Source of the DNA: a virus
DNA length: 64,000 nucleotides
Reading direction: 5' to 3' (one strand)
IMG/VR virus record: IMGVR_UViG_3300045988_052724
Coordinates: 125,818 to 189,817 of that record
Below, piece by piece: positions 32,036-40,282 of this stretch; position 1 is the first letter of the stretch, and each line of letters starts with the position of its first letter. Both the position numbers and the translations under genes were made by a program. The notes under the pieces were generated by a model, which saw only the letters and a program-made list of their open reading frames with translations, did not search any database and was not told where the DNA came from.

Positions 32036-32238
32036 AGATTTCTGTAAATATTAGATAGTGTTAGACAATGCTCAATATTAGCACCATTCTCTAGTCCTGA
32101 TATGATTTTATCTAATACTGTCAGTTTAGCTACCATAGCCTTACCCCATACAATAGAATCCTCTTTAGGTTCGCAAGAACCACACTGACATTTACAACCT
32201 TCTTCTGTTGTTACAATTTCTTTTACTTCTTTAGCCAT
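32026..32238 (-). CDS. Hypothetical Cys-containing protein, 70 aa
   Basis: ORF track. First gene of the leftward early-type operon. Confidence 0.4.
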   Translation of the reverse strand: MAKEVKEIVTTEEGCKCQCGSCEPKEDSIVWGKAMVAKLTVLDKIISGLENGANIEHCLTLSNIYRNLCN

Positions 32239-32446
32239 AATTCAAAATTTTATAATTAATACGTTATTTCTTCCTTATTGTTTGGTAATACAAAGATAAT
32301 ACATTCTAAATAGATTACCTAATGAGTTATACTTAAATATACTTAATATAGGCGAACTCAATTACTAGGTACTCCAAAAATACGCCCCTCCCCATTGAGG
32401 TGACCAGTCAATAAATATTTGAGTTTTATTGGTAGATAATTGTTAG

Positions 32447-32470
32447 ATTTGCAATTCGCGAATTGCAAAT
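32447..32470. promoter_or_regulatory. Perfect 24-bp palindrome in the divergent control region (candidate operator)
   Basis: atttgcaattcg|cgaattgcaaat, an exact reverse complement. Confidence 0.5.
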
Positions 32471-32595
32471 TCTTTAGTCTGAGTTTGTCATGGGATATGT
32501 GAGTAGGAGCTATGTTGTGAGAGGGAGGGTAGTGTACTACAAAACGCCCCCTCTGGGTTGCTCAAGAAAAATTGAATTAAAATTGAAGTTGCCGA

Positions 32596-32675
32596 TGCAC
32601 TATTACTAATATATTTCATCAGTCTTTGCTTGAATTGTTGAACTTAAAACCTTGCGGTGTAGAGGCTAACCGCAA
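32596..32675 (+). promoter_or_regulatory. Promoter/leader cassette copy A (conserved TTGAATTGTTGAACTT box plus leader hairpin ttgcggt/accgcaa)
   Basis: Shares boxes and the CGGT...ACCG leader hairpin with copies at 32811-32885 and 33225-33301. Confidence 0.45.
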
Positions 32676-32682
32676 TACAGTC

Positions 32683-32763
32683 ATGCAAACTACATACGTT
32701 TTATTCAATGGCGTTTTGGTTACTTTACAAGAGTACAAAGAAATGATTGCAGAGCAACAATAG
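32683..32763 (+). CDS. Microprotein, 26 aa (MQTTYVLFNGVLVTLQEYKEMIAEQQ)
   Basis: Has its own leader and terminator. Paralog of the 25-aa ORF at 32896. Confidence 0.45.
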   Translation: MQTTYVLFNGVLVTLQEYKEMIAEQQ

Positions 32764-32776
32764 TGCTCTGCTTTCA

Positions 32777-32810
32777 AAAGGAGATTGTCTCCCTTTAATT
32801 CTTTTCTTTT
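32777..32810 (+). terminator. Intrinsic terminator
   Basis: ggaga-ttg-tctcc hairpin followed by a T-rich tract. Confidence 0.5.
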
Positions 32811-32885
32811 ATATACTATTACTTGTTATATATCTTCATTATGGTTTTGATTATTAACTTAGGCTTTGCGGTTGTGTGTAACCGT
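32811..32885 (+). promoter_or_regulatory. Promoter/leader cassette copy B
   Basis: ATATACTATTACTT box, TTGATTATTAACTT box, leader hairpin gcggtt/aaccgt. Confidence 0.45.
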
Positions 32886-32895
32886 TATCAGAATT

Positions 32896-32973
32896 ATGAA
32901 TACGACATACGTTCTTTATTGTGGTGCATTGATTACTTTAGCTGAATACAAAGCAATCATCGCTGAACAGTAG
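32896..32973 (+). CDS. Microprotein, 25 aa (MNTTYVLYCGALITLAEYKAIIAEQ)
   Basis: Paralog of the 32683 ORF (TTYVL....L.TL.EYK..IAEQ conserved). Confidence 0.45.
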   Translation: MNTTYVLYCGALITLAEYKAIIAEQ

Positions 32974-32980
32974 CATTAAT

Positions 32981-33007
32981 GGGAGTGGCGACACTCCCTT
33001 ATTTTTT
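32981..33007 (+). terminator. Strong intrinsic terminator
   Basis: gggagtg-GCGA-cactccc followed by ttatttttt. Confidence 0.7.
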
Positions 33008-33028
33008 CTAATCATTAATACTTATCTT

Positions 33029-33202
33029 ATGAATACGTTAACAGACAAGGAACTTAATGACTTACTATCATTAATGGTTATGGTTGGGCAACAACCATCT
33101 ATTAAAGCTTATGACCTTCTTGACCCATATTATGGAAAGGTCTCTCAGGAGGTGTGGGAACATGCTAACACTCTCATTCAGTTAAGACTAAGACAGGGTT
33201 AA
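33029..33202 (+). CDS. Hypothetical protein, 57 aa
   Basis: Hand translation MNTLTDKELNDLLSLMVMVGQQ.... Followed by a terminator hairpin. Confidence 0.4.
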   Translation: MNTLTDKELNDLLSLMVMVGQQPSIKAYDLLDPYYGKVSQEVWEHANTLIQLRLRQG

Positions 33203-33219
33203 TCCCTGTTTTAGTTTTT
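33193..33219 (+). terminator. Intrinsic terminator
   Basis: acaggg-ttaat-ccctgt followed by a T-run. Confidence 0.55.
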
Positions 33220-33224
33220 GAATA

Positions 33225-33301
33225 ATATACTATTACTTAATTAATATCTTCAGAATATCCTTGAATTATTAACTTTCCCTTTTACGGTGTGGGTAAAACC
33301 G
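33225..33301 (+). promoter_or_regulatory. Promoter/leader cassette copy C
   Basis: ATATACTATTACTT, TTGAATTATTAACTT, leader hairpin acggt/accgt. Ends 10 nt before the ATG at 33312. Confidence 0.45.
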
Positions 33302-33311
33302 TTAGAAGCAT

Positions 33312-33833
33312 ATGGATACATTATTCAGCTTTGCAATCGAGTACAACAAGGCATTCTGTGCCAAGTTAGGTGTTGAGATTAAGACTGGCTTAGATGCCTT
33401 CGAGTCTAACGACACAGTTGTGCGGCGTTCCTTAGAGGACGCAATGTTTCACGTTGGTGACATCGTGGAAATACCTGCAAAGGATAGTGACCAATGGGTT
33501 TCGTGTCCCGTAGCTAAAGGAGGCAATGCAGTGGTTCGTCCAGTCTGCAAGGTCACTGCATCAGACGGGACAGTTACAGCACGCGAGCTGTTTTACGGTA
33601 CACTCACCAAATCGGTGCAGAATCGTGAGACGAAGCAGACTGTAGCTGTTACTGGCACGATTGTCGACGAACTTCGTAACTGCATCATGCAGAAGGAAGG
33701 TTGGTTGAAATTGTGCGGCAAGAAGCTCAAGGTGACCAATGCAGTCGAGGTGCCAATCATCCGAAGAGGGTGGAATGGGCAGCCAGACAGAGCTACCACA
33801 ACCACAGTCTACAGCATAGACGTGGTTGAGTAA
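33312..33833 (+). CDS. Hypothetical protein, 173 aa, visibly more GC-rich than its surroundings; paralog of 34385-34915
   Basis: Shares VTASDGT, LF.GTL.KSVQNRETKQ, VPIIRRG.NGQPDR with the 176-aa ORF. Confidence 0.6.
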   Translation: MDTLFSFAIEYNKAFCAKLGVEIKTGLDAFESNDTVVRRSLEDAMFHVGDIVEIPAKDSDQWVSCPVAKGGNAVVRPVCKVTASDGTVTARELFYGTLTKSVQNRETKQTVAVTGTIVDELRNCIMQKEGWLKLCGKKLKVTNAVEVPIIRRGWNGQPDRATTTTVYSIDVVE

Positions 33834-33838
33834 CACAG

Positions 33839-33870
33839 AGGAGAGTGGTGACAGCACTCTCCTTTCTTCT
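33839..33870 (+). terminator. Intrinsic terminator
   Basis: aggagagtg...cactctcct followed by ttcttctt. Confidence 0.55.
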
Positions 33871-33894
33871 TAAAACAATTAAATACATTATATT

Positions 33895-34224
33895 ATGAAA
33901 GTTACAATATCAGGAATTACATTAAAAGATGAGAAAACTATTCATCTGTTAGTTGCAGGAAATGCTAAGCCCAATCAGCAAGTCACATTCCATTACAGTC
34001 ACAACATTCTGACTGTTGAACATAAATATGGAGCAGTTCAACTTCCAGTAATCAAGTTCAAGTTTAGTAGAAATGATGTAACGTTCTATTGCTATGATTT
34101 GGACGGCAAAACTGTTCTATATTTCAATGGCAGCAAATTCACATCTAACCCTAAAGAGTTCGAAGACACTATTGATAAGTGGGCTTTGCAGGATTTAGAT
34201 GAAATAATCGAAATGAATAGATAG
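33895..34224 (+). CDS. Hypothetical protein, 109 aa
   Basis: ORF track. Confidence 0.45.
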   Translation: MKVTISGITLKDEKTIHLLVAGNAKPNQQVTFHYSHNILTVEHKYGAVQLPVIKFKFSRNDVTFYCYDLDGKTVLYFNGSKFTSNPKEFEDTIDKWALQDLDEIIEMNR

Positions 34225-34229
34225 ACAGA

Positions 34230-34255
34230 AGGGAGACTAACAATCTCCCTTTAAA
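34230..34255 (+). terminator. Intrinsic terminator
   Basis: agggaga-ctaacaa-tctccct followed by tt. Confidence 0.45.
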
Positions 34256-34384
34256 ACTTTCTAATGCTACATCCTTATACTAGTACTCCTCACATCCTCG
34301 ATATGTATTTGAATAAAATAATATACTAAATACTTTTATGTATTGGTGTATTGCATTGTTAAACTCAAATAAATTTTAAAGATT

Positions 34385-34915
34385 ATGGCAAACGAAAGCC
34401 TTTTCGCTTTTGCAACTAATTATGCAGAAGCTAGAGCTAAAGCTCTTGGTGGTAACATTGTTAAGGGTGCAGCAGCATTCGAAGTTGAAGACGCTCCAGT
34501 AAGACGTGACTTGTCGGAAACCCAGTTCAATATTGGGGATAAGATTGTCATTCCTGCTACTGCTGATTCAGAACAATGGATTTGTACTCCGCTGACTAGA
34601 GGACAGAATCCTGTTACTCGTGCACTGTGTGAAGTCACTGCATCTGACGGCACGAAGAGTGTTAAGGAGTTGTTCCTCGGTACACTCATGAAGTCCGTAC
34701 AGAACAGAGAGACTAAACAGAATGTCAGCGTTACTGGCTCAATCACCAACTTCACTTCGAATTGTATTACGAAGAAAGAAGTATGGCAGAAGCTGTTCGG
34801 TAAGACTCTGGAAGTCGTTGGTGTTCAGATGGTTCCTATCATCCGAAGAGGATTCAACGGACAACCTGACAGACCGACTGAAACATCTGTACTGAAAATC
34901 AATGTCCTCGAATAG
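34385..34915 (+). CDS. Hypothetical protein, 176 aa; paralog of 33312-33833
   Basis: See the paralog entry. The antisense ORFs are judged spurious. Confidence 0.6.
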   Translation: MANESLFAFATNYAEARAKALGGNIVKGAAAFEVEDAPVRRDLSETQFNIGDKIVIPATADSEQWICTPLTRGQNPVTRALCEVTASDGTKSVKELFLGTLMKSVQNRETKQNVSVTGSITNFTSNCITKKEVWQKLFGKTLEVVGVQMVPIIRRGFNGQPDRPTETSVLKINVLE

Positions 34916-35093
34916 ACCTCGAAGGACAAAGACAGTTAAAGCTTGGGTAATGGATAAGTATCGTATTAGGACTAATGATAATATATATCAAGTTCTTGAT
35001 ACGAGTTCATTACCCCAAGACAAAAGCTTCTGGGCACTAATAACTCCGCTCGACTTTTGTAACTGGGCAGTCCTAAAATGGATTCCTCTTTGA
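34902..35093 (+). CDS. Hypothetical protein, 63 aa
   Basis: ORF track only. Confidence 0.3.
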   Translation: MSSNRPRRTKTVKAWVMDKYRIRTNDNIYQVLDTSSLPQDKSFWALITPLDFCNWAVLKWIPL

Positions 35094-35107
35094 GGGACAT
35101 TTGTAAC

Positions 35108-35190
35108 TGTACACACATTTAGACACAAGCTCTAAAGAATTAAATTCCAAATATACCCAAATTAAGGGTTTGGTTCTAAATGTGTGTACA
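35108..35190. repeat. 16-bp perfect inverted repeat with a 51-nt spacer
   Basis: tgtacacacatttaga (35108-35123) against tctaaatgtgtgtaca (35175-35190). Confidence 0.6.
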
Positions 35191-35321
35191 TATATACCTT
35201 TATTTATTGTAATGCAGCATATAGATGTATTAACACCTATATAGAGTTCAAAGCCTCTACAAATGCAGATGACAATAACTAATTCTAAAGACCTCACACT
35301 GATTAGGTAAGTGTAAAGATT

Positions 35322-35522
35322 ATGAATCCATTAAATATTCAATCGGGTTGGTGGGTATCTACAGATGAAAGATTTGTGCGTTGTTATAACACTAGAGAAG
35401 AGGCAATCTCTCATGTGAAATATCAACAAGATGTAATGCATTCAACAGCAAACTGGCGTGTGCAACACATTAAAATCACATTTGAAGAACAGGAAAGTTT
35501 CATCTACAATCCCACAAAATGA
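35322..35522 (+). CDS. Hypothetical protein, 66 aa
   Basis: ORF track. Confidence 0.4.
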   Translation: MNPLNIQSGWWVSTDERFVRCYNTREEAISHVKYQQDVMHSTANWRVQHIKITFEEQESFIYNPTK

Positions 35523-35728
35523 TAATTCATATTGATAAAGAGGAAGTAACTATTTTAGAGATTAAGATAGTTACTCTTGGAGAGAAGGACACTCATGCAT
35601 ATAATTATAGAAAGGATAAGAAGTGGATAAAGTTCTGTAGGGAACATAACTTCCATCCACACAAGGACTATAATACAAAAATATATGACCTATATCTAAG
35701 GTTATGTGCAGAGGGTATAATTAACTAA
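35519..35728 (+). CDS. Hypothetical protein, 69 aa
   Basis: ORF track, ATGA overlap. Confidence 0.4.
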   Translation: MIIHIDKEEVTILEIKIVTLGEKDTHAYNYRKDKKWIKFCREHNFHPHKDYNTKIYDLYLRLCAEGIIN

Positions 35729-35760
35729 TCGTATAAACCTATAATTGGAGGATTAAAATT

Positions 35761-36147
35761 ATGAAATTATTTTATTTGCCTGATACTAAGGCAATAGTTG
35801 CAAAGTACAACAACAAGTTTGTCTCATTGCCCAACGCAGAAGAGATAGAGAAACCTGCTAAGCTCATCCCTTGTCAGCCATTCTTAAAGGAGTCTAAAAC
35901 CTCTAAATGGAATGACATTCCAGATGACGATGATGCGTTCTATGCTCATTTAAGACACTATAATGCTGCATGCCCATCTAATTGGAGACCTGGTATTATT
36001 AAAGTTCACAAGATTGTGTTGACTATAATATATACTACTAATGAGGTGGGAGAACCTTGGTTCCAGCTATCTGGCAACGTTCCTCACTATGTATTAAATG
36101 GAATTGCTAATGTTCTAAAAGAAGAATATTATGATTCTATTAAATAA
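35761..36147 (+). CDS. Hypothetical protein, 128 aa
   Basis: ORF track. One of the few genes with a GGAGG motif upstream. Confidence 0.5.
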   Translation: MKLFYLPDTKAIVAKYNNKFVSLPNAEEIEKPAKLIPCQPFLKESKTSKWNDIPDDDDAFYAHLRHYNAACPSNWRPGIIKVHKIVLTIIYTTNEVGEPWFQLSGNVPHYVLNGIANVLKEEYYDSIK

Positions 36148-36207
36148 GTAGTATTATTTACCTTTGACAACTAATAAAATAAGTAACAATTTAAATAACT
36201 AATCGAC

Positions 36208-37017
36208 ATGAAAGTAATCAAAACTAATATTAAGGCTGAAACTGTAGAAATCAATCCTAGAGAAGCTGAAGCTCTCAGAAACACATTCCAGGACAATAGA
36301 CGTACTTATAACGATAATATACGCAAGTATGCCAAACAGATGAAAGATGGGAAGTGGAGACTAAACGGTGAACCAATCATCGTTGATGATCAGGGATGTT
36401 GTGTGAATGGCTACCATAGGCTTTCTGCCTGCATTGAAGCAGGAGTTCCATTTAGAACTTTATTAGTAACTGGAGTACCTCACGAGACTTGGACTACAGT
36501 AGATACTGGCAAGGTTCGTAGTGCTGGAGATGTCTTCCAGATAGATGGAATTAAGAATGGCATTGCTAAGGCTACTTTAGTTGCTAAGTTCTCTGCCCTA
36601 GTTCAAGGACTGAATGGTATTGCTGATACTGGTAGTTTGCACAGACTTCGTAGTTCAAGTATTACTCGCGAAGACCTGTTAAAGTTATATAGAGAGCACG
36701 AGGAGGACTTTGATAAAGTAATTAGCCTTATTGGTAAGTATTCTGCTACTTTGAAAGGTATAATTACTCCATCTATGCTCGGAGGTATAATTGCTTATCT
36801 GTACATACAAAAAGGCTATAAGTTCTCAAAGCTGGAAGAGTTTGTAGACAGACTAGCTACAAGTGGATTAAGTATCTATGCTACTGGAAGGATGAAACTT
36901 AAGAGTTGTAGAGGATTTGATAAGCAGAAAGCTATATGTGATATATGGAATAAGTTCAAGACCAACAAGGAGAAAGTAAGAATATGTATCACCTATGTGT
37001 CTGGAACATTTGAATAA
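36208..37017 (+). CDS. ParB N-terminal-domain-like (sulfiredoxin/ParB nuclease fold) protein, 269 aa
   Basis: PIIVDDQGCCVNGYHRLSACIEAGVPF resembles the ParB-like DG.HR..A motif. Confidence 0.45.
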   Translation: MKVIKTNIKAETVEINPREAEALRNTFQDNRRTYNDNIRKYAKQMKDGKWRLNGEPIIVDDQGCCVNGYHRLSACIEAGVPFRTLLVTGVPHETWTTVDTGKVRSAGDVFQIDGIKNGIAKATLVAKFSALVQGLNGIADTGSLHRLRSSSITREDLLKLYREHEEDFDKVISLIGKYSATLKGIITPSMLGGIIAYLYIQKGYKFSKLEEFVDRLATSGLSIYATGRMKLKSCRGFDKQKAICDIWNKFKTNKEKVRICITYVSGTFE

Positions 37018-37019
37018 AC

Positions 37020-37755
37020 CTACGTAATGGGTGCTAGTTTAATAGCTAGCACCGCTCACCCATAATTAAGGCAGGTTCTCCGTGAGGAGAATAAGTGAAA
37101 GCACAAGTGTAACATCTAAAAGCTTAGATAGTTAATTACTGTGAGTTGAGTAACCCAAGACCTGTGCTCACTTGGTATAAGAAGAAGCGTTTAATAGTGT
37201 ACATAAAAGCGTGGATACTCAGAGCACCAAGTATGGTTGTAGGTAAAAATTAAAAAACTCAATAACTTCCCAAGACATTGAGGGCACCAGTTTCTTTATT
37301 ATAAAATGTAAGCAAACTATTCCAACTAGAATGTGAGTTGCGACTTATAAAGTTTTAGGTGTAAAATGCATTTGTGTATTCTTGATTTAAGATTTAACTT
37401 GGTAAATTCCGAGACCATAATGGGTACGCCCTGAGACTAATGCAGAGCATCTCTTATACCAAACAGTATGACCTTGATACTGGAGAGATGTCTTATCGAG
37501 AGATAAGGCAAAGTATCGTGAGATTGCACTGGCAATCAAAGACAGTCATGCGCACCTTAATAACAGCGGTTATTAAAGAGACTGTAGGCACAGGAAGGTC
37601 TTGCGTTCCATAAATTAAAATTTTATATATAGGTAGATATTTCTACTATACCCCGTGATGGGGTCGGCATCATGACTAAGCCTTTACGTGGCGATGCTAT
37701 AAGTAAGCTATAAGCTGAAACTAATTAGTCATAACTAATTAAAACTAATCGCAAT
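37020..37755 (+). ncRNA. About 730-nt ORF-free, hairpin-dense region; candidate large structured RNA
   Basis: No ORF of 60 aa or more on either strand. Many local helices capped by GNRA loops: ttctcc-GTGA-ggagaa, cttatc-GAGA-gataag, cccc-GTGA-tgggg, taataac-AGCG-gttatta. Nested long-range pairs such as acagtc/gactgt. Confidence 0.5.
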
Positions 37756-38019
37756 ATGAAGTATTATGCATTTATGCCATTTTGGCATTGGTCTGAAGTT
37801 ATGGATGAAAGACCAAAAGATAGTGACTTTGTTCTCGGAAATATAGTCAGAACTACTGATTCATTGGTAGCTCTTAGTTTATATTCAGAGACAAGATGCC
37901 CTGCATCTCAACTAGTTGAGGCTAATAGTGAAGAAGAGCTTGAAGCCAAAATAGAAGAGATGAAACAGAACTTTAAGAACAATGATTGGTTGGAGGCAAA
38001 TCTCTACCCTTGTCTGTAG
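37756..38019 (+). CDS. Hypothetical protein, 87 aa
   Basis: ORF track. Preceded by the AACTAATCG motif. Confidence 0.45.
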   Translation: MKYYAFMPFWHWSEVMDERPKDSDFVLGNIVRTTDSLVALSLYSETRCPASQLVEANSEEELEAKIEEMKQNFKNNDWLEANLYPCL

Positions 38020-38143
38020 TTTCCATATTTGTAAAAACTTAGTTTGAACACTAGTTTCCTATGAAAAGAGTAATCATGTGCTAGCCCTGTGAAACATGAC
38101 ATAGGTTTTAAGTGTTCTTTTAACAATTAAAACTAATCGTAAT

Positions 38144-38443
38144 ATGAAGATTGAAAAGAACAAATTGGTGAATCGTGCACAAGTGTTAAACAAAGACATT
38201 CAGCTGGGAATTATTGCATACTCTGTAGCTGAAATGGCATCTATTGCTGCTCAGAGTCTAGAGAAACGAAATGCAGGTAAAATTACAGAGGAAGAAGATA
38301 AAGCTGTCTTTAAGGACTGCAAGGAGTATATTCGCTCAGCAAAAGAGTTCTGTGACGAGAATGGCCTTGACTGGTCTGTATGTATCCTACTGTCTCGTTC
38401 CTCACTTAAACAGTACACAGATGTGGAAAGCAAGAACGACTAA
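38144..38443 (+). CDS. Hypothetical protein, 99 aa
   Basis: ORF track. Preceded by the AACTAATCG motif. Confidence 0.45.
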   Translation: MKIEKNKLVNRAQVLNKDIQLGIIAYSVAEMASIAAQSLEKRNAGKITEEEDKAVFKDCKEYIRSAKEFCDENGLDWSVCILLSRSSLKQYTDVESKND

Positions 38444-38570
38444 AACAATATTCCTGCTATTAGCAGGATATTTAGGACTACAATGTATCAGAGCATCCTT
38501 ATGGATTCCTCTGATATTATGCATATTATTATTTACTTTTATTATTCAACTTAAAAACAAAGAATTATGA
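38421..38570 (+). CDS. Small membrane protein, 49 aa
   Basis: Internal ATG of the 38271 ORF. Sequence MWKARTTKTIFLLLAGYLGLQ...LILCILLFTFII is hydrophobic. ATGA-coupled to the next gene. Confidence 0.35.
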   Translation: MWKARTTKTIFLLLAGYLGLQCIRASLWIPLILCILLFTFIIQLKNKEL

Positions 38571-39004
38571 GAAAGATTAACGCAATCCTGAGCAACTCAA
38601 CTAAAGAACAGTATCCAGTATTAATAAACAAACTATCTGACATTATTGAACCCTTCGCTCTACGTGCTGTAGGCTTACCTCCAGTATATGTTGGGCTTGA
38701 AGTTGAGCAACTTACAGTTAAGCAGAGCGGAGAGAGTGTTTATGTATTTGGCATTAATGGTAAGGATGTTGCCCATGTTGATACTGAGAAGGCAGAAGCA
38801 TCTGTGTTTGGAGGTAAAACATTCGCCATCTCCGCTGAGGATGTTAAGTCCGTAACTAATACACTAACAGCATTACATAACTGTAAAGAAGAGGATGATG
38901 AAGACCCTCTTGAGGGAATTCTTGAGAATATACCTAGAGAACTCAAACCTCTTCTTGGGGCAGCTATCATAGCATCTAAACTCCGCAAGGGAGGAAACAA
39001 CTAA
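38567..39004 (+). CDS. Hypothetical protein, 145 aa
   Basis: ORF track. Confidence 0.45.
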   Translation: MRKINAILSNSTKEQYPVLINKLSDIIEPFALRAVGLPPVYVGLEVEQLTVKQSGESVYVFGINGKDVAHVDTEKAEASVFGGKTFAISAEDVKSVTNTLTALHNCKEEDDEDPLEGILENIPRELKPLLGAAIIASKLRKGGNN

Positions 39005-39087
39005 AGAAGGTTTTTGAAGACAAATATCAAGGGGTTAGTCCACTGTGAAGTGAGCTAGCTCCGCCAACTTTTAAAGCTAATAATGAA

Positions 39088-39288
39088 ATGGATATACTGA
39101 AGCAATTAGAAGAAGGCAAACCTTTCTCTGGTAGAAATGGTGCTTTTACTGGAAGAGTTGAACCGCAATCAATAAGTGGAGATACTCTGAATGTCATATG
39201 TGATAAGGATGGCACAAGATGGCATGAGAATTGGGAATTACAGCATGTTATTTGGGCATTTGAATGTGGAGATTATTACTTCTTATGA
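39088..39288 (+). CDS. Hypothetical protein, 66 aa
   Basis: ORF track. Confidence 0.4.
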   Translation: MDILKQLEEGKPFSGRNGAFTGRVEPQSISGDTLNVICDKDGTRWHENWELQHVIWAFECGDYYFL

Positions 39289-39686
39289 TTAAGTGTGATA
39301 TATCTAAATGCCATGCGAGTTGTTGTTATAACGCTCCATTGCCTAAGAAATACATATTTGCATTAAAGAATAGGATTGTTACTCCAGTTAAGGAGATTCT
39401 CGTTATTGATGATGAGAATATGAAAGGTGAGGTAATGTGTTATCCAATCACAGACCATAACCCTGATAAGAACAAATGTCCATTCTTAACTGAGAATTGT
39501 AGATGTAATATTTATGATAGAAGACCACCAATATGTAAGAAGTTTGGTAATGGTACTGAACCATTATTGACTTGCTCATTCTTAGTTCCAGAAGAACAAA
39601 GAGAGTCTGTATTGGCTGGATATAAATCTGCTATCAATAAACTAACATCTCCAGCTGCTTGGGAACTTGCTAAAAAGTATAAATAA
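39264..39686 (+). CDS. Zinc/iron-chelating CxxCxxCC-type (YkgJ/UPF0153-like) protein
   Basis: KCHASCCYN ... CPFLTENCRCNIYDRRPPICKKF. Confidence 0.5.
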   Translation: MWRLLLLMIKCDISKCHASCCYNAPLPKKYIFALKNRIVTPVKEILVIDDENMKGEVMCYPITDHNPDKNKCPFLTENCRCNIYDRRPPICKKFGNGTEPLLTCSFLVPEEQRESVLAGYKSAINKLTSPAAWELAKKYK

Positions 39687-39687
39687 T

Positions 39688-40050
39688 ATGCCAAAGGATT
39701 ACGCTCTAAGAAAGTTACACTCTAAAGAAGAGAAAATCATCTTCTGTGGATGCGATGCTATAAGCGGTTTATTAATGCATTACCTACTTGATGAATTGTT
39801 TGGTAGAGGTGAATACAAGATATTACACCACTACGATTTACGATTACAGAAAGAATGGGAATGGACTATTGATGAACCAATACCTGACAAAGATATTATT
39901 AAGGAATGGTTCTTCTGTGAACCTGAGAGGATAATAACTACTTGTTGGGATTACGAGAGAACTCTCAAAGCTGTAGAAGATGCACAGATTAGCAATGTGC
40001 GTGTCTATGAGTTTTGTAAGTATAAACACATAACTGACTTACCGTTCTAA
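39688..40050 (+). CDS. Hypothetical protein (ATG at 39688 preferred)
   Basis: ORF track 39667-40050 with the first in-frame ATG. Confidence 0.4.
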   Translation: MPKDYALRKLHSKEEKIIFCGCDAISGLLMHYLLDELFGRGEYKILHHYDLRLQKEWEWTIDEPIPDKDIIKEWFFCEPERIITTCWDYERTLKAVEDAQISNVRVYEFCKYKHITDLPF

Positions 40051-40271
40051 TGTTAGTACCTCTAAGTACCCAAATAGTTGCTGATGACCCTATAGAGGAA
40101 CGTCAGATAGCTAAGGAGAAATACTCATCGTACAAACGACCAGGAGTTGAACCAATTACTATAGTTAAGACATATGTAAAAGGTAACATACGATATTGGG
40201 AAGAGTGTACACCTAGTGGTATAATAGTTAGAATTAGTAGTAGAGAAATAACTCATAGTGCAGGAGTATAA
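40050..40271 (+). CDS. Hypothetical protein, 73 aa
   Basis: ORF track. Confidence 0.4.
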   Translation: MLVPLSTQIVADDPIEERQIAKEKYSSYKRPGVEPITIVKTYVKGNIRYWEECTPSGIIVRISSREITHSAGV

Positions 40272-40282
40272 CTGCACTAACT

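Noticed and set aside
33561-34755. Antisense ORFs (33561-33857, 33593-33805, 34420-34755) inside the paralogous genes.
   Set aside because: They arise from the GC-rich, stop-poor reverse frames. The sense ORFs are paralogous and have proper starts and terminators.
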